Assembly: GCF_004010195.1 (NCBI RefSeq)
Contig: NC_057725.1
Span: 22,021,296 to 22,085,295, forward strand
Direction of reading: 5' to 3'
DNA: 64,000 nt
From: Chiloscyllium plagiosum
Taxonomy: Eukaryota
The translations under genes were made by a program, and so were the position numbers. Positions 48,635-61,239 of this stretch are shown here, in pieces. Each line of letters starts with the position of its first letter. Position 1 is the stretch's first letter. The notes beneath the pieces are model-generated. The model saw only the letters and a list, made by a program, of their open reading frames with translations. It had not been told where the DNA came from and did no database searches.

Positions 48635-51190
48635 AGAACAATACAGCTCAGTACAGGCCCTTTGGCCCTCGATGTTGTGCTGACCTTACATCCTACTCTA
48701 AGGTCAAACTAACCTACATAGCCTCCATTTTACTATCTTCCTTGTGCCTATCCAAGAGACGCTTAAATATCCCTAATGTATCTGACTCTATTATCACTAC
48801 TGGCAACGCATTCCACGCACCCACCACTCTCTGTATAAAGAACCTACCTATGACATGTCTCCTAAACCTCCACTAATCACCTTAAAATTATGCCTCCTCA
48901 TGATAGCCATTTCCGCCCTGGGAAAAGGTCTCTGGCTATCCACTCTACCTATACCTTTCGTCATCTTGTACACCTCTATCAAGTCACCTCTCATCCTTCT
49001 TCTCTCCAATGAGAAAAGCCTTAGCTCCCTAAACCTTACTTCATAAGACATGCCCTCCAGTCCAAGCAGCATCCTGGTAAATCTCCTCTGCACCATCTCT
49101 AAAGTTTCTTCATCCTTCCTGTAATGAGGTGACCAGAACTGAATACAATATTCCAAATATGGTCTAACCAACGCTTTATACTGCTGCAGCATAACCTCGC
49201 AGCTCTTAAACTCAACCCCCTGCTAATGAAAGCTAATACATCAGAAGCCTTTTAACAATCCTATCAACTTGGGTGGCAACTTTGAAGGATCTATGGATCT
49301 ATGGACATGGACCCCAAGATCTCTCTATTTCTCCACACTACCAAGAATCCTGGGTTTAACCCTGTATTCTGCATTTGAATTTGACCTTCAAAAATGAATC
49401 ACTTCATACATTTCCAGGTTAAACTCCATCTGCCACTTCCCAGTCCAGGTCTGCATCCTGTAAATGTCCCGTTGCAATCCACCACTCCACTAAACTTTGT
49501 GTCATCGGCAAACTTACTAACCCACCCTTCCACTTCCTCATCCAAGTCATTTATAAAAATCACACAGAGCAGATGTCTCAGAACCACTGGTCACCAAGCT
49601 CCAGGCTGAATACTTTCCATCTACGACGACCCTCTGTCTTCTACGGGCTAGCCTATTCTGTACCCAGACAGCCAAATTTCCCCCTATCCCATGCCTCCTT
49701 ACTTTCTGGATGAGTCTACCATGGACAAACATCCATTGCTCTACCTTCATCAATGTGTTTTGTCACATTCTCAAAGAATTCAATAAAATTTGTGAGACAT
49801 GACCTACCCCTCACAAAGCTATCTCTAATCAAGGTATGGTTTTCCAAATAATCAGAAATCCTGTCTCTCAAAATCCTCTCCAATAATTTGCCCACCACAG
49901 ATGTAAGGCTGATTGATCTGTAGTTCCAAATGATGATCCCCATTTCCTGTCTTGAACAAAGGACTAATATTTACAGCCCTCCAATCTGGCACTACTCCAG
50001 TGGACAGTGAGGACACAAAGATCATTGCCAAAGATGCAGCAATCTCTTCCCTCACTTCCTGCAGTAACCTTGGGTATATCCCGTCTGGCCCAGGGAACTT
50101 ATCTATCCTTATGGTTCTCAAAATTTTCAGCACATCCTCCTTCTTAACATCAACCTGTTCAAGCATTTCAGCCTGTTTCATGCTGTCCTCACAAACGTCA
50201 AATTCCCTTTTAGTAACGAAAAATGAAGCAATGTATTCATTAAGGACTTCCCCTACCTCCTCCGACTCCAGGCGCAAGTTCCATCCACTATGCCTGAGTG
50301 GCCCTACCCTCACTCTTGCCACCCTCTTGTCCCTCACATAAGTATAGAATGTTTTTGGGTTTTCCTTAATCCTGCCCGCTAAAGCTTTTTCATGTCCCCT
50401 TCTAGCTCTCCAAAGACTATTCTTCAGTTCCTTCCTGGCTACCTTGTAACCCTTTAGAGCCCTGTCTGGTCCTTGCATCCTCAACCTTAAGCAAGCCTTG
50501 ATGAGATGTTCCACATCCTTTGTCACCCAAGGTTCTTTCAACCTGCCATCCCTTCCTTGCCTCAGTCTGACAAATCAGCAAGTGCTTCCTAAACAATCTC
50601 CACATTTCTGTCATGCATTTTCCTGACACCGTCTGTTCCCAATTTAGGCACCTCAGTTCCTGTCTAACAGCATTGTAAATCCTCCTTCCCCAATTAAATA
50701 CTTTCCCATACCATCTGCTCCTATCCCTCTCCATGAGTATAGTAAAGATCATGGAATTGTGACCACTATCACCGAAATGCTCTCCCACTCAGACTGGACA
50801 CCTAGCATAGTTTGTTACCAAGCACCAAATCTAATATGGCCTCCCCTCTAGTCAGCCTATCTACATATTGAGTCAGGGCCTGACAAAAACTGCTCCATCC
50901 AAAGTATTTGAACTAAGGAGGTTTCAATCAATATAAAGGAAGTTAAAGTCACCCATGACAACAATCCTGTTACTTTGCACCTTTCCAAAATCCGCCTCCC
51001 AACATGCTCCTCCTCATCTCTGTTGCTATTGGGGGGTCAGTAGAAAACTCCCAATAAAGTGATTGCACCTTTCCTGTTTCTGACTTCCACCCATAATGAC
51101 TCTGTCAAAACCCTCCTTGACAACCTCCTCTTCTGCAGCTGTGATCCTATCCCTAATTAGCAATGCCATTCCTCTACCTCTTTTACCTCC
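48635..51190 (-). mobile_element. Long degenerate CR1 LINE (APE end plus RT plus tail)
   Basis: ORFs 50417-50788 (GEHFGDSGHNS), 49852-50541 (KENPKTFY, GPDGIYPR), 49399-49587 (INDLD..KFADDTK) and 48848-49192 (LVRPYLEYCIQFWSPH). Confidence 0.95.
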
Positions 51191-51668
51191 AAATCAGTTG
51201 TTTATCTTGTCATTTGAGGAATTAAAAGTATGCAAACTGGCCACCAAGTATAGTGACTGTACTTCAAAAAGTAATTTGTTGTCTGTGAAGTGCTTTGAAC
51301 ATTCTTCAGCTGTGAAATGCACATTATAAATGCAAATTCTTCTGTTTCAATCCCAGATTACCCTCTCCCTTTCTGAAGTTAAATCTGCCTCAGGTGTCAT
51401 CAATAATGAATATATTTGTAAATTGATAATGAACTTTACTCCACTGCATTAGTGATTAGGATAATACTATTAATACATGTCTACAAATCACACAGTCTTC
51501 TTTAAACCCATGTTGCCAAAATAAAATTTCCCAACATCACCATAAAACTTCCACTTTATTCAGAATATTGAATGTTTATGAAGAGTAAAACTAACAGTCT
51601 AAACTATGATTGTCACCAGAAACTAATTAGAGAATTCAGAACAAATCTCTTTAACTGAAGAGCTGATG

Positions 51669-51766
51669 CAAATGTGGAATGGATGCTGCCTGACCTGCTG
51701 CACTTTTCCAGCAACACATTTTCAGCTCTGATCTCCAGTCCTCACTTTCTCCTCAAATGTGGAATG
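51669..51766 (+). mobile_element. Truncated family A element with 13-bp TSD
   Basis: gatgctgcctgacctgctgcacttttccagcaacacattttcagctctgatctccag..tcctcactttctcct. TSD caaatgtggaatg at 51669-51681 and 51754-51766. Confidence 0.75.
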
Positions 51767-53283
51767 TACCAACAGGGTAAGGCAAGTGTTGAGGAAGTCA
51801 GATAAACATTTGAAGGACAGGTTATTAGGTGAGGAAGGATAGGAGTTGTCTGAAATGCAGCATAAAAGCTGGTATTGGCTCGTTGAGCAGAATGATCTGT
51901 TTGTGCTTTAGGTTTGACGTAGCATCTCATAATAGTTTCCTGACTCAAAGGATAAAAGAACTTTGGAACCAAATGTGTGTAGGTTTAATGATAGTGCAAA
52001 CCCAGCGACTGCAAATCCACAATCCCATTTTACATCTCTCCCAATTGATATTTTTCTTCAAGTCACAGATAGACTTTCACCTTGTGCAAGTGTGTCTCAA
52101 TATAATGCAAAAACTGAAACTGCAGTTCAAATTCCAGTTCGGCATAGTATTTGATCTCAATAATCCATGCTGCAAACAGTAAACCCATATTGCAAACAGT
52201 AAACAGGGCTATTAAAATAAATCAGTTACAACAAAAGGGGCATGCTGCAATCATTTGATCTAATTTAAGTAAGGGCATTTCCTGCACAAGTCCCGTCCCA
52301 ATGTGATTCCTTATTGTGATGCTCTGAATTGCAATCCATATTAAACATTTTATATTTGCATTACAGAAGCTTGTTTGAACACTTCTGTTGCTATTAAAAC
52401 TGGATTCATCCCCCTTGCCTTATTTTAGAGTCATGGAGATATACAGCACAGAAACAAGCTTTAAGGTTGCTTCCAACTGGAAACAAGGTCATGGTAATGC
52501 TCCGTGAAGCTACAAGTGTTGAAGCATTTGCTAAAAACTAAGTGCTGATGTCTCCCTTTTTTGGAAAGATAAAGGATGTGCTGGATCTGCTAATCCACAG
52601 TTTTGGCTCCTAGGAAATTTTGCCCTTTACTTTTCCAGAAACAGGAGCAATAAAAAGACTAAATAGCCTATTAAATGCAGTTATTTTTGCTTTTTGGGGT
52701 GATGTTGAAGGATGTCGTTCTTGATGTGGTTTAAGTTAATGTTGGAAAGACGAGGGGGAATACTGCTAAGCCATGGTCTGTTTTTGGGTTGTGTTAATGT
52801 TCAGGGGATAGGTGTTTGCAACCTAATAAAGACCAAAAATATTTTCCTAAGATTCCTATTACTATCAGTAGATCCAGCTTAAATCCACAAGTCAATATTG
52901 GCTGTGACCCTTTCTTTGCATCCCACAAATGATAATACTAAATAAGTAGTTAAAATCAAAGTGTTTGAAAACTTGACAGTAACGTGCATATTTGTTCAAA
53001 ACCTATCTTTGTTCTGGAAAAAAAAAGGGCATTTCCTTTCTGGTTTTGTCGGGTTTATTGTTTGATCAACAGAACTGCAAGAAGGTTTAGGAAATCTGCT
53101 TCTTTTGTGCATTCCTGTGTTCATTTATATTCTGTTTTCATGTTTGCATATGAAAAGTGCAAACCAGGGCATATTAAACACAGTAAAGTTATACATTGCT
53201 TTTAGTCAAGTTCAATATTAACAATTTTGTTACATGCTTGAAATTAACTTCCACGTGAGTACAAAAATAGTGATTAAAAAGAT

Positions 53284-53293
53284 TTTATTTATT
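53284..53293 (-). terminator. Candidate polyadenylation signal of SLC35C1 (two overlapping AATAAA)
   Basis: Plus-strand tttatttatt gives AATAAATAAA on the minus strand, about 1.17 kb past the stop codon; position is plausible but unverified. Confidence 0.4.
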
Positions 53294-54459
53294 TTCAGAG
53301 TATCAAAGATGTTTTAGATATACAGTATTTTAATTGGCAGGTTCAGACCCATTGCACAGTACTTACAGAAAACCCCCAAAACAGTCAAACAGTACTTTTC
53401 ACCCAGCCACAATGCATTTACATTTAAAGTGTAAAAATAAAATAATTCTTACAATCAAATTACCTCAGGCAAAATTTTCAACAATTAAGATGCTCTTTAT
53501 CCTGACAAATGTCTAAAAATATACATCTCAAACAATAAAAAGAAGTTTTGATCACCCTGTGCCTCTTCCAATTTTTTAAACTGCTATTGAAACCCCTACC
53601 ATCACCACAGAACTCCTAATGTTACATTGAACATGTTACATATTGTTTCTAGTTATGTGAAAGAACAAAATTAGACATCATTAGTATTAAAAGGTTACCA
53701 AGACATCAAATATGAACATCTTCATGAACAGAAAATAGAACTTGTTATCACAAGGAGTGGCTTAAGTAAATAATATAGCTGCATTTAAGGGGGCATTAGA
53801 GGAGTATATGCAGTGTATGGGACGAAGAGTTTCCACATAAAACACTGAATGAGACAAAAAGCAGTTACACCTTTTACAAGAGTTCCTTGGGAGTGTACCA
53901 GTCAGAGACAATCAATTTTTGAAAACGCTAAATAAACAAATGCTGTAGACCAATAGCCAATGAACAATATTTTGTATGAAAAAGTATTTCCCGGAGTTTT
54001 TCTAATACATAGTACAATTCCTTTTACCCACAAGGATTTCAAGAAATAATTATGAACTTGTACAGCAGGAGTGGTGTGTTAGTGCATCTGCTGACAAATC
54101 CAGTTCCTGAAGGACAATCATCAACCATTCAATGAGTGGTATTTCAACAGTACAGTTAAATAAGCCAACTTTCCATTCTCTTCCAAGTTGTTAATATTGG
54201 CACTGTGGAGGTTGAAGTGGTTGCTCCAATGGAGCACATGATGCTGTTAGTGTCTACTTCTGGTCATTGGCAGCAGAGAGAAGAATTTGGAAGTGAAGAG
54301 GTCAGCTCATATTGAGTGAGGAAGGAGTGCTCCAAAAAATGATTATTATGCAATTTTGAATGTTTGCCACTTTCCATTCTCTGACCACCCAGACTCTCCT
54401 CCATCATGGCAGACAATCAAGCTTCCACTGTAGACAAAGTGTAACCGAATATCCATATT

Positions 54460-55019
54460 TTAGACTCCAGTTTCATTCTTCTCACGATTTCTGTTCACCG
54501 TTTCATCTTGCACTTTCTTCATCTCTAATCCCTTTACCCAGGTGTATGCAAAGGATCCAAAAAGGACCAGTATGTTACTAGTCCACCAGAGAAAGGTCTT
54601 TAGTTCTTCATAGTAAAACACTGCCAGAACAGTTTGTGCACACGCTTTAGCAGTACCAGAGACATTGTGCGTCAAGGGACTGGTGAATTTAATCTGCAGT
54701 CCTGTGACGTATCCAATAGCAAAACCAAACATACCACCCAGGATCATTACACCCCAAAAGTTAGTGCTGCTTATTTTGTCAAAGAGATACAATGTTTTCA
54801 GTTCCCCACTGATTGTAATTAATGGAATAAAGAGGATACAGGCGTTAACATTGTTGTAGTAGGTTAATTTCCAGATGCTGCCGTCTACAGCTGGCAATAC
54901 CTTCTTTGTGTATATGGCATTCAGGGACACACACAAACTGGCAATCACACCAAACATTACTCCAGCCCAGGACAGACTGCCTGTTGCACCTTCCTGATTT
55001 AATCCCAGGCAAAAACCAC
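54460..55019 (-). CDS. SLC35C1: GDP-fucose transporter 1, last coding exon (exon 1 not seen in the window)
   Basis: Acceptor tttcttttctacag| at 55020-55021, phase 1, then an open frame [99 protein letters not shown], closely matching recalled human SLC35C1 exon 2. Confidence 0.97.
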
Positions 55020-56263
55020 CTGTAGAAAAGAAATGATAAAAACCATAAAGCAGCAGAAAAATCTACTTCTTTAATACTCAGATAATATGCTTCAACGACT
55101 TAGACCACTAAGCATTTTGATTATGGTGTACTTGACACAATAATGGAATCTGCAGCAAGTTGGAGTCCTTCAAACTGGTTTTGACTTCCAGCCAGTTTGT
55201 TCAAACAAATGTAAGGAGCCTCAAACAATACCTAGTATTCATTTATGACCACAAGGAAATGATAGAAAAAGGGCTGACATTCCATTTGAGAAGTTGTGTT
55301 CTTGTTTAACCCTCACATTCCCAACGGTTGCAAGTATGCCTTGAATTCCTCATCAATGCCAATTCACCCATCAATGGAAATTTGATGTGCCCAGACTCCT
55401 TTGAATTCTGGGCCTTTTGTTCGGGTCTTCCCAGCTCTAGTGAAACAATTTCAATCTCTCCTCCTAATGAATAACTCTCAAAGTATCTCCTGTCCTCTTT
55501 CAATATGTTTGATGCATTTTTTCTAGTAAGGCAAACTAAATGGCTAACTATTTACTTGAATAGGTTTTGACATTGTCTCTTTGCTCCTGCGCTCCCTGCT
55601 TCTATTCGAGATCTGTATCTACAATTTCTTGGACGTGTGTGGTCTCCAGGATACAGCGTGTGCTTGTAGCCACACGTGCAGGAAATACTCCACAGCTGTT
55701 CACACTTAAACTCAGGGTTTCAGAGGAAAAGCGGCTGGAGTCACTGCAGGGCCTCCAGGACACTAAGTATTTCTTGATGTTTGCATTCCATGAGGAGGCC
55801 ATCCTGTAACTCCAGAGATTTTAGGAGGATGATAATTGGGTGGTCCTCTAACAAGGTATGAAGATGCAGGAAGTGAAGTTTCCTTGGGATTATGGCACTC
55901 TCAAATAGGTTCTCAGTGCAGAAACACCTTGGGAGAATGCAGTTCAGAGCATTTCACAACATCACGGGACAAATCAATTTGGAAATGTAGCTACGATTGT
56001 GGTTTGATCAGAGCTTTAGACAGGGGTTTTCTGCAAAAGTCAACATGAATCTTGATGAGTTGTTTCCACCTTGCTTTCAGAGTAAAAGACATCATGGAGA
56101 GACTGCAGAACATTATGAAGACATTTCATATTTAATATTTCTTGGAGGATTTGCATTTTGATGGATTAATTTATTTCAAGATCAATGTGGACATCTGGCT
56201 TGGTTTAAACAAAAGTCACTGTGGTCATGAGTGAGCCATGTATGATTTGTGACTGACTACATT

Positions 56264-56333
56264 CACTTCGGCGGATCGGTGTGGACTTGTTGGGCCGAAG
56301 GGCCTGTTTCCACACTGTAATCTAATCTAATCT
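56264..56333 (+). repeat. HE1 SINE 3' tail fragment
   Basis: cttcggcggatcggtgtggacttgttgggccgaagggcctgtttccacactgtaatctaatctaatcta. Confidence 0.85.
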
Positions 56334-57479
56334 ACATATGCAAGAATACACCAGATCAACAAACTTCAGAACATTCTATATTGCATCTCTTTTGCTTTTA
56401 AGAATAACCACCAGAAAGTATTTTTTTCAAAAAGTCAACCTCTGCAGACAGATAAATCCATTTCTCCCTCCTTTACCTCAAGTGTAAGTGTGTGTGTGTG
56501 TGTATTGGGCTATTTAGAGGTTTAAACATATTTTCAATAATACAAATTGTATTGGTTGGTGGGCACTTGGCTCAAATTTACTGTTACAGCACTAGAAATG
56601 GATAATGTACATGAAGATTTAAATCTATTTAGTTGGAGTTGAAGAAGATCTGAAGAGCTATTATGCTACTGGGTATGTACCACCAAATGATGTAAAGGCC
56701 AGAAAGGAGCATGTTGCAAGTACATTTCTGAAAGATGCAAGAACTGTTGGTAAAGGAGGAATCAGATTATCCATACAGACTGGGAAAATAATAATTTGAA
56801 GGGCAAATGGAGGGAGGGATTCCACATGAATGAACTCTTGCTCAGCATGTTTCCAACCCAAAGACGAAGGAAGTGGTGCTGGTTATAGTTTGGAATGGGA
56901 CGGAGGTATGTTGAACATGTTTGATCCAGGAAACAGTGATCATAATATCATTAGGTTTACAGTAGTAATAGAAAAGGAACAATTAAGTGTGAAAATACTC
57001 AAACAGCAGGACTAATGTTACAGAGTTGAAAATGAATCTGGCCCAGATGGATCAGAATCAAAGACTAACAGATAAAGCAGCAAATGAGTAACGTGGGGCC
57101 TTTAAAAAGGAAATAGTTCAGATGCAGACTGGAAACACTTTATAAGAGGTAAAGGAAGGACATTCAATGTTAAAGCTACCTGGATAATTAAGGATGGAGA
57201 TTAAAATTACATGTTCCAATCATTCAGCTGAACATCAATTTAATTGGACAAGTACAATGAGAACTGAAGAGAAAATAAAAAAGAGGAAGAGTCATGAGAG
57301 TACATTTGTAAATAAAATTAGTAACAAAAAGGGAATGCAAATATCTCTCATAAACATTAAATAGGTACAACAAAAAAGGAAAGAGGTGACTCAGTAGGAT
57401 CATAAAAAGGAAAAGCAAAAGATCATGGCCAGTGTATTAAAGGAATACTTTCCAACTGTCTTCAGTAAAGAATGGATGA

Positions 57480-57740
57480 GTTATCCAGGGGCCTTGTGCT
57501 CCAGAGACACGAGTTCAAATCACACCACAGCAGCCGGGTGAATTTAACTCCAACTAGATCTTAAATCTGAAAGAAAAATCTAGTCTCAATAATCCTTAAA
57601 CTACTGAACTGTCCTAAAAACCTCAGGGAATGAAATTTGCCATCTTTATTTGGTCTGGCGTATAGGTGACATCATAGCATGATGGTCGACTCTGAACTGC
57701 CCTCAGAAATGGCTGAATAAGACTCTCAATGTATCAAACC
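57480..57740 (+). repeat. Diverged MetaSINE/MER131-like copy
   Basis: gagttcaaatcacaccacagcagc..cagggaatgaaatttgccatctttatttggtctggc..actctgaactgccctc, related to 7296-9050. Confidence 0.55.
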
Positions 57741-58199
57741 ACTCTTCTCACTGCTTCTCCAGGGATCACCAACTTGACATGGTGGTGTGGTTCGTAAGCT
57801 CAGACAATCCCATGCAATGCCATGGTGGCAAAGTCAGGGCAGATACCAGACAAAGTGCAGTCCAAAAATTTCTCAAAAGCACAACCAGCAAAGGAAAACT
57901 GCATGTCTCACTGGCTGCAAAGATGGAAGAAGTCTGCAGTTGCAAGGGGGTCCAGGTCAGCGTGGCTTGACATGTCACTGAAATGTAATCACCAACCAGT
58001 CAAGTTTGCGGGGTCAATGTTAGAACGTCAAGGTTAAACGAAACCACATACAGGCTTCCAACAGAGTTCATTTGCCAAGTCCTGTGACAACGGAGGGCAG
58101 TCCCTAAATCAAGAATGTGTATGCAGGTGGTAGTTGCTTTAAGGTTGTTGGACATCTGCGTTGGGACAGAAGTGTCTTTTGGGCAATAGCATCTGGGAC

Positions 58200-59100
58200 C
58201 ATAAAACCATAAAATACATGAGCAGAATTAGACCATTCGGCCCATTAGTCTTCTCTGCCATTCAATTATGGCTAATATGCTTCTTAACCTCATTTTTCTG
58301 CCTTCTCCATGTAACCTTTAATCCCCAGACTAATCAATAATCTACTTCTGTTTTAAATACTCTCAATGATTTGGCCTCCACAGTCTTCTGTAGCAATCAG
58401 TTTCACAGATTCACCACTTTCTGGCTGAAGAAATTCCTCATCTCAGCTTTAAAAGGTTGCCCCTTCACAATGAGGCTGTGCACTTGGTGGAGACAACTTC
58501 TCCATATCCACTTTATCCAGACCTCGCAGTATTCTGTAAGTTTCAATCAGATCCCTGCCTCATCCTTTGAAAGTCCATTGAGTATAGACCCAGATTCCTC
58601 AACTGCTCCCCATATGTTAAGCCCTTTATCCCTGGGATCATTCCGCAAACCTCCTCTGGACCCCCACCAATGCCAGCACACCCTTCCTTAGATAGGAGGC
58701 CCAAAACTTCTCATAATATTCCAAAATGGTCTGACCAGCACATTACCTAGCCTTACATCCCTGTTCTTGTATTATACCCCTCATGAGATGAATGCTGCAT
58801 TGCATTTGCCTTCCTGCCAACTGAAATTGCATGTCAAACTTAAAAGAATCTTGAACTCACTCCCTTTGTGCTTCAGATTTCTGAATCCTTTCCCCATTTA
58901 GAAAACAGTTTCTCTCTCTTCTTCCTACCAAAGTGTATAACCTGATACTTTCCCACATTGTATTTATTCCATCTGCCACTTTTTTGTCCACTCTCCTATC
59001 CTGTCCAAGTTGTTCTACAGCTTCCCTACTTTGTCAACACTATTGTCCCTCCACCTATCTTTGTGTCATCTGTAAATTTAGCGACAATGCCCTCAGTTTG
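58200..59100 (-). mobile_element. Old CR1 LINE 3' fragment
   Basis: Tail ccataaaaccataaa..gaattagaccattcggccc and VAKFTDDTKIGG relic at the end of ORF 59026-59277. Confidence 0.8.
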
Positions 59101-61239
59101 TGGATTTGTGACCAGCTTTTGATGACAAAGGCCACTTGCTTGACAACAACTATGTGATTGGCTCCTGGTCATGGAACAGCTTGTGGGTATGAATGACATG
59201 GCCAAAAGCATTTGGACCTCTAGAAGGGGGCGTTGTGTTTTCCTCTCTACAGTAAAAAAGAACCTGAAGAAAGCCACTTTATTTTCCTTTACCAGTTGTG
59301 GCTTTTAAAGAGTAACTGAGACGCTTTGCAACTTGTTCTAGTTACCTGTGTCTTCTGCGAAACAGTAAAGAAATAATCTGAAGAAAAAGAATTAATGAAC
59401 TGCAAACCAAAGGGACCATTTCAGCAAACCTTGTGGACAGTCTTTCCCTTTCTATTCCCCCTTCACCTTTGACACCGATGTTTTCTGTCTATGTGGGGGG
59501 AGTTTTAGATGAGGACTAGAGTTTTAACTAACACAGGTAGGTGTCTACAGTTCATTGTTGTTTAAATGGCTAGAATCTATTTATTTATAATAAATAATAA
59601 CTCTTATTAAGTAGAGAAATCTGCTGCATGCTCTCTGTCTGCCTGGGTCTAAACTGATGGGTAAATTGGAGAACTTTTGCAAACTACATTAAGATATTTT
59701 CTGACAATTCTGGGAATAGCTGGGCTTGATTTTCAGTGCCACTCCAGTGGGTTGTGACAACATAAAACCACATAGACACATTCTAGAAGAAAGCAAGCAT
59801 TTGTACCTCCTGGATTATGTCATTGCTCACATCAAAGATTAAGTGGTATCTGTATCACTCGATCCATTTGGGGGATTGGTACATTTGGACAGATCATTAA
59901 CTTTCAATGTCTTTGTGCTAGGTGGAAGTGTAACACTCAAAGATTCAAGAACAAATTATGATAATTATTTCAGTCCTAAAGCAGACCAAATGAAGAGATG
60001 AATTCCAAGTGCAACTCTTGACCAGTCTGGAAAAATCACACATCCAACTTAGTTCCAGAACAGTGAGATAAAATAAAGTCAGCTGTTCTAGACTCCTTTG
60101 ATTGGGCCACTGGGTACAAGCATTATCACCAGAACTGGTTTAATGAAAATGCTGAACAGAGAGATTTCCTGAAACACAAACAAGCCAGGCGGAACAACCC
60201 AAGGTCATAAGTCAAGGCGGCAACATTCCAAAAGCTGAAGTCTGATACCCGAGACAAAACTAGAAGGTAAAGGAGACATGGTGAAAAGGAAAAGCCCAAG
60301 AGATCCAACAATATGTTGATCATCATAACAAGTAACTTTATCTGAAGCCATGTCCAGGCCAAGCCAAATGGATAAAAGGCAAATGAACTCCATGCTGACT
60401 TCAGAAAAGTAACATTTGTAACGATTCACATGAAGAGAAAGAAATCTTGCTGCAGGAGTTATCAAGGAATTTCCTTCTTGCTCACTGAATAAAATAATTA
60501 GACATATATTCTCCCAAATTACCTAGTTTCTACAGTTGAGGAAACCCCCTAGATGATGGGTATTTAATGGAGGTAATGATGCTTACCCACCATCTGGATA
60601 GTAGGAGATAGCCGTACATTACATCTTTTCAGGAAGGCTCCCCACACTCATGCCATTCAGACACTTGACAGATTGACAGCAGGCCTTTCCCAGGATCAAG
60701 AAACCCAGAGGCAAAAATCTTGCTTGCTGAGAATTAGCTACTAATCATAGGTGTTCCCTGTACTGAATGGTAGCCTCACAAGGAAGTGGTACAGGTGGGG
60801 ACTGGCAACAGACATAGGTGACTGCTGAGTGATTGCAGGATGGTAGTTGGGGTCCCAGGTGAGAAGGGTGGTCAGCAATGAAGTCAGGTGTCTGTACTCA
60901 ACAGCCACTCTGCGTTCTCTGATCAGGACCAGAATGCTTTTGATTGAGCGCTTCACTGTGGGAGACTGTTGGCTGGACTGCACAGGATTGACAGCTGGGT
61001 CCCGCACGGCAAGGCCTCCACATACACACATTGCTGGATAAATACCAGTGGTGGCAGGATGAGGCACTTAAGTGGGCATTATAACTCAGTTCAACTCTAC
61101 AGGTCAACTGCTCTGTTTTTTTACGATTACAAATAGCCTCGATGGAATTACTTTATCTACGTTGCCTTCATGCTAAAACTAAATTGACCACCATCCAAAA
61201 CGTACAGCTTATAGCGTCAATGCCTACTCTGTACCAGAA

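Noticed and set aside
52490-52930. LTR-like segment with AATAAA ending in tcccaca
   Set aside because: No clear 5' terminus or TSD could be defined.
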